Source: a bacterium
Lineage (GTDB): Bacteria; Hydrothermota; 32-111
Direction: 5' to 3'
NCBI GenBank assembly: GCA_046484245.1
Contig: JAWOBN010000037.1
Location: 1 to 36,539 of the forward strand
Length of the DNA: 36,539 bases
Below the pieces are notes generated by a model, which ran no database searches, was not told where the DNA came from, and was given only the letters and a program-made list of their open reading frames with translations. Shown here one piece after another: positions 1 through 9,687 of the stretch (its first letter is position 1; every line of letters begins with the position of its first letter). Position numbers and translations under genes: made by a program.

Positions 1-1013
1 AATGTCTCAAGTACATCCTCAGGGGATTTGCCTCTCTCAAAATATATTTTACCCTCATACCTGAATGCCCTTGCCTTTTCCAGTGAAATACCCTTCATCT
101 TTATGGTCTTGTTCAGATACCTCAATGAATTGGAGTATTTGCCCTGATTGAAATATACAGAGGCAATATTGTTATATATATCCGCCTTGATAATATCACC
201 CTTTGCATAACGGAGGAATCTCCTGAACTTCTTCAATGCGGATTCATAGTCAATATGCTTCAATCTGAGTTTGCCGATATTATAATTTATGAATTCCCTT
301 AAATACTTGTCATTCATCAGATTATAAGCTCTTTCAAGGAAGTATTCCGCCAATTCATCAGAGTGTGCATTGGACTGGCTCATATAGTAAAGACCCTTCT
401 CCATACTGATATATCCCTGATTGTAAAGATCAATGAATATATCCACTGCATAGGGGTCAAACTGTTTACCCTTATTTGCCCTCAGTTCACTGACAGCATA
501 ATTCTCCGCATTGATCTCTTTTTTATAGCTCCTGTTTGATGTCATTGCGTCATAGGCATCACAGACAGATATGATGCGGGCAATGAGGGGTATCTCATCA
601 TGCTTGAGGCCGTCGGGATATCCCTTGCCGTCATATCTCTCATGATGATGGCGTATTGCCTCCTGAACACCCTCAACATAACGGAATGAACCGAGGAGAT
701 GAGCTCCGTAAAATGCATGTCTTTTCATTTCAACAAACTCATACTTGGAGAGTTTCTTGCCGCTCTTTAAAATATCAATGGGAACTTTGACCTTTCCTAT
801 GTCATGCAGTATGGATGCAAGATACAGTGCATCCATTTGCCTGGAAGAAAGATTCATCTTCCTTCCCATTCGCACTGCATATTTCTGAACCCTCTCGGAA
901 TGCCCCAATGTATAGACATCCCTTGAGTCCATTACATCAGAAAGATATTTTATTGTGTTGAGAAAGAGTTCTTCATTCTCAAAGGATTTGAGAAAATCCA
1001 TTTTTGCTTTCAT
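1..1013 (-). CDS. HD-GYP domain phosphodiesterase with C-terminal TPR repeats (3' end runs off the window)
   Basis: Manual translation from ATG at 1013: MKAKMDFLKS...YTLGHSERV...LHDIGKV...HHHERYDGKGYPDGL...IPLIARIISVCDAYDAMTSNRSY...GKQFDP, then TPR-like ADIYNNIASVYFNQGKYSNSLRYL. Open to the window edge. Confidence 0.93.
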   Translation of the reverse strand, partial: MKAKMDFLKSFENEELFLNTIKYLSDVMDSRDVYTLGHSERVQKYAVRMGRKMNLSSRQMDALYLASILHDIGKVKVPIDILKSGKKLSKYEFVEMKRHAFYGAHLLGSFRYVEGVQEAIRHHHERYDGKGYPDGLKHDEIPLIARIISVCDAYDAMTSNRSYKKEINAENYAVSELRANKGKQFDPYAVDIFIDLYNQGYISMEKGLYYMSQSNAHSDELAEYFLERAYNLMNDKYLREFINYNIGKLRLKHIDYESALKKFRRFLRYAKGDIIKADIYNNIASVYFNQGKYSNSLRYLNKTIKMKGISLEKARAFRYEGKIYFERGKSPEDVLET

Positions 1014-1020
1014 ATCACTA

Positions 1021-1049
1021 ATTGTAAAATGTTATACCCGCATTGTCAA
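1021..1049 (-). promoter_or_regulatory. sigma70-type promoter of the HD-GYP gene
   Basis: Minus strand TTGACA-N17-TACAAT, 7 nt before the ATG at 1013. Confidence 0.75.
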
Positions 1050-1110
1050 TAGTCACGTTATTCCTCAAAAATAAAGTACTTGAAAGATATATGTTTTTTC
1101 ATAAAAGATA

Positions 1111-1195
1111 TGAGGCGAGGACAGTTCTCAGAAAGCACCTTTGCCAACCCGTGCATAACCGATAATTCGGTGCTGATGAGAATGTGTGAGCCTCA
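1111..1195. ncRNA. Candidate structured RNA, 85-nt interrupted hairpin, unassigned
   Basis: Nested pairings TGAGGC/GCCTCA, TTCTCA/TGAGAA, AGCACC/GGTGCT, plus an alternative ACCGA-taat-TCGGT hairpin; GC-richer than its flanks. Confidence 0.4.
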
Positions 1196-1221
1196 CAGTC
1201 ATTACATCAATCGCTATGCTC

Positions 1222-1249
1222 AATGCTTTTTTTTAAGAAAACAAGCATT
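1222..1249. terminator. AT-rich inverted repeat downstream of uvrC (possible terminator or operator)
   Basis: AATGCTT...AAGCATT arms around a T-tract/A-tract. Confidence 0.25.
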
Positions 1250-1296
1250 ACATAATAATTATATTCAGTGACTTTTTCTTATGAGGAAAGATGTAG

Positions 1297-2853
1297 TCAT
1301 TCAATTTTCATCTGTTTCTTGCGGAGTTTGTTTGCGAATCTGTGCGCCTCATCCCTTATCTCCTTTATGAGCTTGAATGCAGGGCTTCTGGCAGGTATCA
1401 TCACTTTGGAGAGATCGGAGGCATAGACCTGATCGGGTCTCTTTGCCAATGAGAATACTGCAATATCCTTGCCCATTTTTTCAATGGCATTCTCCGCTGC
1501 CTTGAGCTGCCCCTTGCCTCCGTCAATAAGCACCATGTCCAGGGGGTATTTTTCTATGTATCTGCCTAATATGTGTGATATTGCCCTGTAGTCATCATTG
1601 CCTATATAATCCAGTTTATAATACCTGTATCCGGATTTCAGCGGTTTGCCGTTCTTGAAGAGCACTACTGCACCGGCTGTCCATTTGCCTGAGAAATGGG
1701 AGATGTCCACACCGCCTATCAGTGCGGGTATTCCGGGGAGCCTCAGTATATTCCGGAGTTCTTTCAAGCGCGCAGGGATATAGTCCCTCTCCGCTTCCTT
1801 GACCAGCATGTCTTCAGCATTATCCTCAGCTATTTTCATCAGCTTCTTGTCTGTGGGTGATTTATTGACAACCCTTATCTCTATTCTTTTTGTGAATATA
1901 TCCGATAATTCTTCTCTCTCTACTTCAATGGGCACAACAAGAATGGAAAAATCATCATACTCAACCAGATTATAATAATCCTCCAGTAATTCCTTCAGCA
2001 CTATACTGTCAGGCATTGAAGCAGGCACGCTGAACCGCTGTTTGAAGATATCCGTTATGACCCCGTCCCTCATCTTGACAAGTACAAACACACCGCGGTT
2101 CTTGTATCTTTTCATTGCTGCACCGTCCCTGCTGTTGGATTTTAGGCCTGTCTGATGCCCGCGCCTTATATGCCTTCTTATTATCTTTATTGTATCTCTT
2201 ATCTCAGCAGCCCTTTCATAATTCTTCAATGAAGACTCCTCGTCCATCTTCTCTTTCAGTATGTCCAGCATATTGCTGTAATTGCCTTTCAGTATGGCCT
2301 TCACCTTGTCAATACTGCGCGCATAAGCTTCCTCTGTCATCTCCCCTGTGCAGGGTGCTGAACATTTGTCCATCTGGTATTCAATACACGGTTTGTCCGG
2401 CAATTTGCCTTTGCATTTTCTCAATCTGTAAATATCATTGAGCATCTCTATTATGCCTGTGACAAAATTTATGGATGTATAGGGACCGAAGTACACCCCC
2501 TTTTCCGTTTTATCCCATGCATATTCAATGAGGGGATACTTGTCATCCGTGATCCTTATAAAGGGGTATTTGTTGGAATCCTTGAGCATCACATTGTAAC
2601 GGGGCTGATGCCTGCGTATCAGATTATACTCCAGAAGCAATGCTGCTTCCTCATTGCCTGTTATCTTATAGTCAATGCTCTTTGTGTTTCTCTGTATGAG
2701 GGGAACCTGAATTCTGTTATCCCTGCCCGGTTTGAAATACTGTCTTACCCTCTTCTTTATGCTTTTGGCTTTGCCGATGTATATGATTCTGTCTTTGCTG
2801 TCTCGGAAAAGATATATGCCTGTTGCATCAGGCAGTGAATCCAGGTCAATCAT
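1297..2853 (-). CDS. uvrC: Excinuclease ABC subunit C (no C-terminal HhH domain)
   Basis: GIY-YIG (GIYLF..IIYIGKAKSIKKRVRQYF), Cys cluster CIEYQMDKCSAPC, UVR motif YERAAEIRD, RNase H-like DISH, IDGGKGQL, RDEAHRFA. Start 2853 or 2862. Confidence 0.95.
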   Translation of the reverse strand: MIDLDSLPDATGIYLFRDSKDRIIYIGKAKSIKKRVRQYFKPGRDNRIQVPLIQRNTKSIDYKITGNEEAALLLEYNLIRRHQPRYNVMLKDSNKYPFIRITDDKYPLIEYAWDKTEKGVYFGPYTSINFVTGIIEMLNDIYRLRKCKGKLPDKPCIEYQMDKCSAPCTGEMTEEAYARSIDKVKAILKGNYSNMLDILKEKMDEESSLKNYERAAEIRDTIKIIRRHIRRGHQTGLKSNSRDGAAMKRYKNRGVFVLVKMRDGVITDIFKQRFSVPASMPDSIVLKELLEDYYNLVEYDDFSILVVPIEVEREELSDIFTKRIEIRVVNKSPTDKKLMKIAEDNAEDMLVKEAERDYIPARLKELRNILRLPGIPALIGGVDISHFSGKWTAGAVVLFKNGKPLKSGYRYYKLDYIGNDDYRAISHILGRYIEKYPLDMVLIDGGKGQLKAAENAIEKMGKDIAVFSLAKRPDQVYASDLSKVMIPARSPAFKLIKEIRDEAHRFANKLRKKQMKIE

Positions 2854-3937
2854 AGAAATCATTTATTGTCTTGACAACAGTATGTACTTCACTGTCTTCA
2901 AGTTCGGGATATACAGGGAGGGACAAGACCATGTCAGAATACCTCTCTGCATTCTTCAGGTCTCCCTTGCGGAAATTTCTTATTGCCTTCTGCCTGTGAA
3001 GGGGCAGGGGATAATGCACAGCTGTCCCTATGCCGCGTTCACTGAGATATTCTCTCAATGCATCCCTCTTTTCCACTCTCACTGTGTATTGATGATATAT
3101 GCTTTTTGCATTGTCCTGTTCAACAGGCCTTTGAACTGCTTCATTGAGGGTATTGTTGTATATGTCAGCTATCTCCCTTCTTCTCTGATTCTTGCTGTCC
3201 AGGTTTTTGAGCTTCACACTGAGCAATGATGCCTGGATTGCATCCAGCCGTGAATTGAAACCGTGTATCTCGTGATTGTATTTCTTTGCCGAACCGTGAG
3301 CCCTCAGCATATCAATATTCTGTTTATCCCCGTCACTCTTTGATATAACAGCACCTCCGTCACCCGCACAGCCCAGATTCTTCGTCGGATAGAAGCTGAA
3401 ACAGGCAAAATCACCCATTGAACCTGTCTGTTTATTATTATAAAGGGCTCCTGCTGACTGGGCGCAGTCCTCAATGATCTTCAGATTATTATTCGCGCAT
3501 ATTTCCCCGATCGCATCCATATCACAGGGATTGCCGTAGAGATGAACAGGAATCACTGCTTTTGTCTTGTCGGTTATGAGCGGTTCTATTTTACCGGGAT
3601 CCAGGTTCAGTGTCTGCGGGTCAATATCGGCAAACACCGGTACAGCACCGATATCCTGTATTGTCTCAGCTGTTGCAATGAATGTGAAGGGTGTTGTAAT
3701 AACCTCGTCGCCTCTTCTTACTCCTGCAGCAATAAGTGAAAGGCGCAGCGCATCTGTGCCGCTTGCAACACCCGAGCAGTGCGATGCACCCAGATACTGC
3801 GCAAAATCCTCTTCAAATGACCGGACATACTTGCCCAGGATAAATGCCCCATCATCCATAACATTCTCAATAGCACTGATATATTCCTCTCTGTACAATT
3901 TATACTCGCGCGAAAGATCCAGTATATTAATCTTCAT
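2846..3937 (-). CDS. DegT/DnrJ/EryC1/StrS family PLP-dependent sugar aminotransferase
   Basis: SGTDAL, PFTFIATA, PVHLYG, IEDCAQS, FSFYPTKNLG, NSRLD. Confidence 0.95.
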   Translation of the reverse strand: MKINILDLSREYKLYREEYISAIENVMDDGAFILGKYVRSFEEDFAQYLGASHCSGVASGTDALRLSLIAAGVRRGDEVITTPFTFIATAETIQDIGAVPVFADIDPQTLNLDPGKIEPLITDKTKAVIPVHLYGNPCDMDAIGEICANNNLKIIEDCAQSAGALYNNKQTGSMGDFACFSFYPTKNLGCAGDGGAVISKSDGDKQNIDMLRAHGSAKKYNHEIHGFNSRLDAIQASLLSVKLKNLDSKNQRRREIADIYNNTLNEAVQRPVEQDNAKSIYHQYTVRVEKRDALREYLSERGIGTAVHYPLPLHRQKAIRNFRKGDLKNAERYSDMVLSLPVYPELEDSEVHTVVKTINDFYD

Positions 3938-4514
3938 ATTCCTTTACCTCTCTGTCCTTTATTGAATATTTCCTGCCGCATTCACATTGATACTCACCCG
4001 AATAATCCGGAGCAATACCATTCATTTTCTCGCCGCATCTGCATACAAAACCCCTGAGACGTCCGGGATTACCCATTACAAGCCCGTAGTCGGGCACATC
4101 ACGGGTAATGACCGAGCCTGCTCCCACAAGAGCCCAGCGGCCTATTGTATTGCCGCAGATAATTGTTGCATTGGCTCCGATTGATGCCCCCTCTCTGACC
4201 TTTGTGCCTATCCAGTCGCCATTCTTCGGAAACGGCGCTCTGGGATTGATGTCATTGGTGAACACCATACTGGGACCGAGAAATACATCGTCCTCAATCT
4301 CCACCATTCCGTAAACAGATATATTGTTCTGCACCTTAACCCTGTTTCCTATGACAGCCCTGCTCTCAACAGTGCATGACTGACCGATTGTGCAGTTCAC
4401 ACCTATCTTTGCACCGGGCATTATATGCGAAAAATGCCATATCTTGGTGCCCTCTCCTATTTCAGCCCCGTCATCAACACAGGATGAAGGGTGAACAAAA
4501 TAATTCTTATCCAT
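3927..4514 (-). CDS. Hexapeptide-repeat sugar N-acetyltransferase (WbpD/WlbB-like)
   Basis: IGEGTKIWHFSHI, KVQNNIS, FLGPSMVFTND.NPR, GASIGANATI; C-terminal CxCG...CxCG. Confidence 0.9.
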   Translation of the reverse strand: MDKNYFVHPSSCVDDGAEIGEGTKIWHFSHIMPGAKIGVNCTIGQSCTVESRAVIGNRVKVQNNISVYGMVEIEDDVFLGPSMVFTNDINPRAPFPKNGDWIGTKVREGASIGANATIICGNTIGRWALVGAGSVITRDVPDYGLVMGNPGRLRGFVCRCGEKMNGIAPDYSGEYQCECGRKYSIKDREVKEYED

Positions 4515-5436
4515 TATCCTTATCCTTGAACCACTTTATTGTTTTTTCAAGCCCCCTGTCCAGGTCAGTGTATTTCTCTATATCATAATCCTGAAGCAAT
4601 TTGCCGCCGTCCAGTACAGATGACATCAATTCCCCTGCCCGCCTGTCTTTCTTCACCGGATTTTTGGTGTATTCGGGGAAATATGCTTTTATCTTGTCAT
4701 ACAGTGCTTTAACTGATGTCTTCACCCCTGTACCTACATTGTATATTGATTTATTGCCCTTTGTCATTGACAGAATATTCGCTTCAACAATATCATCCAC
4801 ATATATATAGTCCCTCATCATATTGCCGAAACCGTACAGTATGCATTCCTCGTCAGCCTTCATATTGTCAATGAATATTGATATGACGCCTGCTTCACCC
4901 TTTGCATTCTGTCTGGGCCCGTAAACATTGGCATACCTCAGTATTGTGTACTCCAGATTATGTTCCTCCCCGAAGAAGCGTATATACATCTCATCGGAAT
5001 ATTTGGAAATACCATAGGGTGATTTGGGGTCTGCGGGGGTGTGTTCATCAGCAGGTTTTTCAACATTGCCGTACATAGCCCCTCCTGTTGATGAGAACAC
5101 TATTTTCTTTGCATTATTATTGACAGCACTCTTCAGCAGATTGATTGTTCCTATGATATTGATCTCCGCATCCCTCTGGGGATTCTGAGATGCTTTTCTC
5201 ACATCAATCTGTGCTGCTGCATGGAAGACAATGTCATAATTAAATTTCTCAAAGAGACCTTCTATCTTCTTGCTGTTTGATATATCCGCCTTGTGAAACT
5301 TTGCCTTCTTATTGATATTGCGCTCACGACCTGTTGACAGGTCATCTGCAATATGTACTTCATGACCCATATCAACAAGATTATCTGATATATGTGAGCC
5401 TATAAATCCTGCTCCTCCTGTTACAAGTATTTTCAT
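4507..5436 (-). CDS. NAD-dependent epimerase/dehydratase (UDP-glucose 4-epimerase-like)
   Basis: VTGGAGFIGSH, FSSTGGAMYG, YGISK catalytic motif, LRYANVYGPRQ. Confidence 0.93.
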   Translation of the reverse strand: MKILVTGGAGFIGSHISDNLVDMGHEVHIADDLSTGRERNINKKAKFHKADISNSKKIEGLFEKFNYDIVFHAAAQIDVRKASQNPQRDAEINIIGTINLLKSAVNNNAKKIVFSSTGGAMYGNVEKPADEHTPADPKSPYGISKYSDEMYIRFFGEEHNLEYTILRYANVYGPRQNAKGEAGVISIFIDNMKADEECILYGFGNMMRDYIYVDDIVEANILSMTKGNKSIYNVGTGVKTSVKALYDKIKAYFPEYTKNPVKKDRRAGELMSSVLDGGKLLQDYDIEKYTDLDRGLEKTIKWFKDKDNG

Positions 5437-6872
5437 AATCTGTAAACTCCTTTGATTCCTATTGATTTATTGATACTGCTGTTACCTGTTATATTATCAA
5501 AATTACTGTATTTTTCAATCTCCATATTGACTGCAGCATCAAAATTCCTGTTTATTCTATAGATGAATTCTGCTGACCAGTGATTGGTCTTCTGTACAAT
5601 ACCTGACGGGAATTCAGGATGGGGGTCTCCCCCTTCATCTTCAAATGGCAGGTACAGTGTGCCCTCACCCTTTCTTGAGTAATAATACCGGGCAGTCAAT
5701 TCAATCCCATGCTTGAAAAAATAATGCAGCTCAAAACCTATAAGATCGGAGTCAGGTCCGGTAAAATAACACAATGGGGAATCATAATACCTGTATTCCG
5801 CATCATCATGCTGATGCGTGCCTGTCCATTTTGTGAGCAGAGCATATTCAATATCCAGATACGCATTGGGAATAAAATTCATAGGTACTGAAACATTTGC
5901 AAGAATCCCCACCTTATCGGGATTGAATGGCCTTGTTTCATCATACTGGAAATCATCTATGAATACTTCAAGTGAGAACGGCCATCCCTTTACTGAATGA
6001 TTGAGCCACTCAACAGACCAGATGATATTGTCATCCGCATAGGAATTCCACTGAGTGAAATAATAGAATGCAAAGGGATTTAAATAGTATGATTCCGGCA
6101 GAGGGCCTGAATAGACAACTGCCTCCTTGAAGACAATCCTGTTATTGTCTGTTACCCTAAGCCCCAGCTTGTGAAAACTGCCGAATCTCTTGTCTTCAAT
6201 AAAGCGGAAATTCCTGTGTCCGGGACTGAGGAATGCGGTATAATACGAAAAATCAAATATAAGCCATGTAAGATGAAACATCATGCCGTCCGGAGTGAAT
6301 GTTCTCTCTGACAAAAACATATTGTCAAATACACCACTGCCCCATTGAGGCATAACCCTTCCGGCAATAATATAATTCTCTCCGGACCCGCAGCCTATGA
6401 ATGTTCTGCCTATGATACTGGATGTGCCTTTCCATTCATAGGAGCGCATAGTGTCTATTATGCTTGTGTCATAGGGGACAGTTGAATTGAATGTTGTGTA
6501 AACAGCAATTCTCCCCATATCTATACCGGCTCTCAGAATATTGCGGGCTCTCTTCTGCGGTGCACGGCCGTGCATCTGAAATAATAGATCATCAGTAAAT
6601 CCTATACCCCTTTTTTCAATATCAGACCTGAGTATTGCAACCATCTCTCTCTCACTGCTGTTCATTGACTGGAGAATTGAAGGAGATATTAAATTCAATG
6701 CCCTCAGCAGGGATTCGCCTGTAACAGGGGTATCCTCACTGACAATATTGATAATCCCTGTCTGCTTGAGATACTCTATATAATTATAATACTTGTAGTC
6801 AGAAAATATAAAGACCTCAGAGAAGAGAGATATGAATGACATTACTGCCACCAGGAAAATTATTCTTTTCAA
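5433..6872 (-). CDS. Exported outer-membrane beta-barrel, capsule assembly Wzi-like (paralog 2)
   Basis: Signal peptide; GR...WG.G motif, HKL, YLNPF, EVFIDDF, EY, GPDSD; located in a glycan operon. Likely TTG start 6872 overlapping the upstream TGA (ORF track 6887). Confidence 0.7.
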   Translation of the reverse strand: MKRIIFLVAVMSFISLFSEVFIFSDYKYYNYIEYLKQTGIINIVSEDTPVTGESLLRALNLISPSILQSMNSSEREMVAILRSDIEKRGIGFTDDLLFQMHGRAPQKRARNILRAGIDMGRIAVYTTFNSTVPYDTSIIDTMRSYEWKGTSSIIGRTFIGCGSGENYIIAGRVMPQWGSGVFDNMFLSERTFTPDGMMFHLTWLIFDFSYYTAFLSPGHRNFRFIEDKRFGSFHKLGLRVTDNNRIVFKEAVVYSGPLPESYYLNPFAFYYFTQWNSYADDNIIWSVEWLNHSVKGWPFSLEVFIDDFQYDETRPFNPDKVGILANVSVPMNFIPNAYLDIEYALLTKWTGTHQHDDAEYRYYDSPLCYFTGPDSDLIGFELHYFFKHGIELTARYYYSRKGEGTLYLPFEDEGGDPHPEFPSGIVQKTNHWSAEFIYRINRNFDAAVNMEIEKYSNFDNITGNSSINKSIGIKGVYRL

Positions 6873-8305
6873 AACTTCCACCCCCATTCCAGTGATATAT
6901 CGGTTATTGTTCTGATGCTGTCTTGAGTATTTCTGTAATTGACTATCCTGTTTACACCTGCTCCTGCACGCATATCCATGCTGTTTGACACATTGAAGAC
7001 AATATCACCTGTAATACCTGATGTATATTCCACAATCCCTGATGGAAACGGGAGTTCGTATTCCTGTCCTGTCATCTCAACAAATGAGTCATTGATACTG
7101 CCCTCGCCATTCCTGATGAAGAAGAGAGATCCGGTTATAAAGAATCTCCCTGCAGGATATCTGGCCCTCAGGACAGATACATCAGAATCAGGACCTGTTG
7201 AAAAAAGCATGGGTTCATTGTAATACATATATGAATTCTCCGTATGCCTGTGTGTTCCTGTCCAATTGTTGAGACGTGTATATTCAAGTTCAATGAGCAT
7301 GGGGGAAAAACAGAGAATATTCATCTGCATATTGACTGCAAGTTTATCGGGGGCATAGAGGGTAAATTCGCTGAACAATGCCTCCAATTCCTTTTCATAT
7401 ACAAAATCATCTACAAAGAGTTCCACAGTGAACAGAATATCCTTGAAGTAACTGTTATTCCATTCAATTGCCCATATGATATTGTCATCAGTATGAATGT
7501 TCCATTGAACACCATAGTATATCATAAAGGGATTGAGGTAGAATGGCATTGGCTGCGGCGCATTGTATATAACAATTTCCTTTAATGACAATCTGTTCTG
7601 CCCCGGAATATCCATTGAGAGCTTGTGATATGCCGAGTACCTCCTTGCAGTATCATATCTCATTGATACATGTGAAGGGCTTAGGATATTTGTATAATAG
7701 GAAAAATCCATGAATTTATAATTTATATTGAACATTATGCCGTCAGGTGAGTAAATATTGTCCGAGATAAAGAGATTGTCATACAGCCCAATGCCCCATG
7801 CAGGGAGGAATCTGCCTGCTATAATATAATTCTTGTCATGCCTGTATCCTATATAGGCATTCTCAATATATGATCCCGTATTATTCCACTCCTTGAGCCG
7901 CAGTGCATTGACATCTTCATTCCCTGTATAGGGCATCAATGTTCTCAGTGACGCAAAATATTCCATATTGTCTGTCCGGAGATAGGCGGCAATATAATTA
8001 TTCAGATTATGGCCGTCCCTGTAACTGTACTCTGCTCTTCCTGTAAGATTCACGCCATTACTGTATAATGCATTCAAAACCTGACTTGTAATCATACTGT
8101 CTGTCCGGTTATCACAGCGGGCATAGAGCTCTTCTGCTGATTGACCTGTATTGAGGGGGTATTCGCGTATATTGTATTCCAGTACATCCCTTGCCCTGAG
8201 GTACTCTATATAATGACGGGCATTATTGCTGCTCAATACAATATTATCGGGGAATACCAATAGATGCATGATGCAGAACAGTGCAGCAGTGTAAAAATAC
8301 TTCAT
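6869..8305 (-). CDS. Exported outer-membrane beta-barrel, capsule assembly Wzi-like (paralog 1)
   Basis: Signal peptide; GRFLPAWGIG, YLNPF, ELFVDDF, GPDSD; ends in aromatic beta-signal LEWGWKF. Confidence 0.7.
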   Translation of the reverse strand: MKYFYTAALFCIMHLLVFPDNIVLSSNNARHYIEYLRARDVLEYNIREYPLNTGQSAEELYARCDNRTDSMITSQVLNALYSNGVNLTGRAEYSYRDGHNLNNYIAAYLRTDNMEYFASLRTLMPYTGNEDVNALRLKEWNNTGSYIENAYIGYRHDKNYIIAGRFLPAWGIGLYDNLFISDNIYSPDGIMFNINYKFMDFSYYTNILSPSHVSMRYDTARRYSAYHKLSMDIPGQNRLSLKEIVIYNAPQPMPFYLNPFMIYYGVQWNIHTDDNIIWAIEWNNSYFKDILFTVELFVDDFVYEKELEALFSEFTLYAPDKLAVNMQMNILCFSPMLIELEYTRLNNWTGTHRHTENSYMYYNEPMLFSTGPDSDVSVLRARYPAGRFFITGSLFFIRNGEGSINDSFVEMTGQEYELPFPSGIVEYTSGITGDIVFNVSNSMDMRAGAGVNRIVNYRNTQDSIRTITDISLEWGWKF

Positions 8306-9687
8306 AAACTCCCCTTTCCTGAAATTACGGCTGGTATTGTCCTGATGAGAATAATAAAATCCAGTAATGGAGACCAGTGGTCAATATACTCCATATCCAT
8401 ATACATCCACTCCCTGAAACCCACATTATTCCTGCCTGATATCTGCCAGATACATGTGAGCCCGGGTCTCATGCATAAACGCCTTCTCTGCCAGAGTTTA
8501 TATTTTCTAACCTCATCCGGTACAGGGGGACGCGGTCCGACAAAACTCATCTCACCCTTCAGCACATTGATTATCTGGGGTAATTCATCTATGCTGAAGC
8601 GTCTTATTATTCTGCCCAGCCGGGTAATCCGGGGATCATCTTTCATCTTGAATACAGGCCCGCTCATGATATTGGAATGGGAGTAGATGCTCTTCTTCCT
8701 TTCTGCATCCTTCACCATGGATCGGAATTTATACATATAAAACTGCCTGCCGCTCAAACCCACCCTCTTCTGCTTGTAGAATACAGGTCTGCCTGATGAA
8801 ATTAATATGAGCATTGATACAATAAGAAACAGGGGAGTCAGAAGCAGAAGGAGAAGCAAGGCAAAAACCTTGTCCAGCACATATTTCATATAGACAGCCA
8901 CAGGCTGGATTTTTGTCTTGTTGAAAACAAGCAGGTCATATCCGTAGAAACTGTCAAGCTCAATAAAGAGGTCACTGTAATCCAGAAGACCCTTTAATGA
9001 GATCATGACCTTGATACCTGTCTGGCTCAATTCATTCATCAGATAATTCAGATCATATATATCCTTCTTATCCACTGCAAATATAACCAGATCAATATGT
9101 ATTGTTTTTATCATCTCGGGAAATTTTTCCTTCTTTATATCTGAGGGGGCAATTTCCTTTATGAACTGAAGCCCCCAGTCAAGATGGCTGTCAATAATCC
9201 GGCTTATTCTCCCGGACTCCTTATTGTTGCCTATAACAAGAACCCTGGTGAGGTCTATGCCTCTCCTGTACTGCCTTCTTTTATATATAAAGAATAATCT
9301 TCTCTCTATTATCAGCAAAACAATATCCGTTATACTGAACATTATAATAAAAAGACGTGATATAATATTTGCCTTTATGAGGAATGTCAGACTCAGAATA
9401 ATGATGGTGCCTAAAATAACCCTCTTTATCAGGTCATAGATAACATCCTTGAAATTATAATCGGGAAGGCGGGGCATGGGATTGTGCTTTCTGAATAGAA
9501 TGATCCATACCAGTATTACCACAATGAACAAATATGCATAATACTCAAGATTCCACTGGAATATGTATGCTCCTGTCTTTATATGAATTCTCAGAAAAAG
9601 GCTTATGCCGAAAGCAATTATTGTTGACACTATGTCCAGTATGAAAATGGATATCCTTACTGAGGAATTACTCCTATTGAGAATCAT
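8302..9687 (-). CDS. Polyprenyl-phosphate glycosylphosphotransferase (sugar transferase, WcaJ/WbaP family)
   Basis: 4 N-terminal TMs, then KFRSM, DPRITRLG, RRFSIDELPQ, GEMSFVGPRP, PGLTCIWQISGR. Probable ATG 9687 after AAGGA (ORF track 9744). Confidence 0.93.
   Translation of the reverse strand: MILNRSNSSVRISIFILDIVSTIIAFGISLFLRIHIKTGAYIFQWNLEYYAYLFIVVILVWIILFRKHNPMPRLPDYNFKDVIYDLIKRVILGTIIILSLTFLIKANIISRLFIIMFSITDIVLLIIERRLFFIYKRRQYRRGIDLTRVLVIGNNKESGRISRIIDSHLDWGLQFIKEIAPSDIKKEKFPEMIKTIHIDLVIFAVDKKDIYDLNYLMNELSQTGIKVMISLKGLLDYSDLFIELDSFYGYDLLVFNKTKIQPVAVYMKYVLDKVFALLLLLLLTPLFLIVSMLILISSGRPVFYKQKRVGLSGRQFYMYKFRSMVKDAERKKSIYSHSNIMSGPVFKMKDDPRITRLGRIIRRFSIDELPQIINVLKGEMSFVGPRPPVPDEVRKYKLWQRRRLCMRPGLTCIWQISGRNNVGFREWMYMDMEYIDHWSPLLDFIILIRTIPAVISGKGSL

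Noticed and set aside
1131..1180. Canonical hammerhead ribozyme (GAAA...CTGATGA with two hairpins)
   Set aside because: The junction-closing pairs would be A-A, A-G and G-A and stem II does not form in register; kept only as an unassigned structured element.
1080..1271. 63-aa ORF over the intergenic hairpin
   Set aside because: TTG start, no SD, no recognisable motif; overlaps the structured element.
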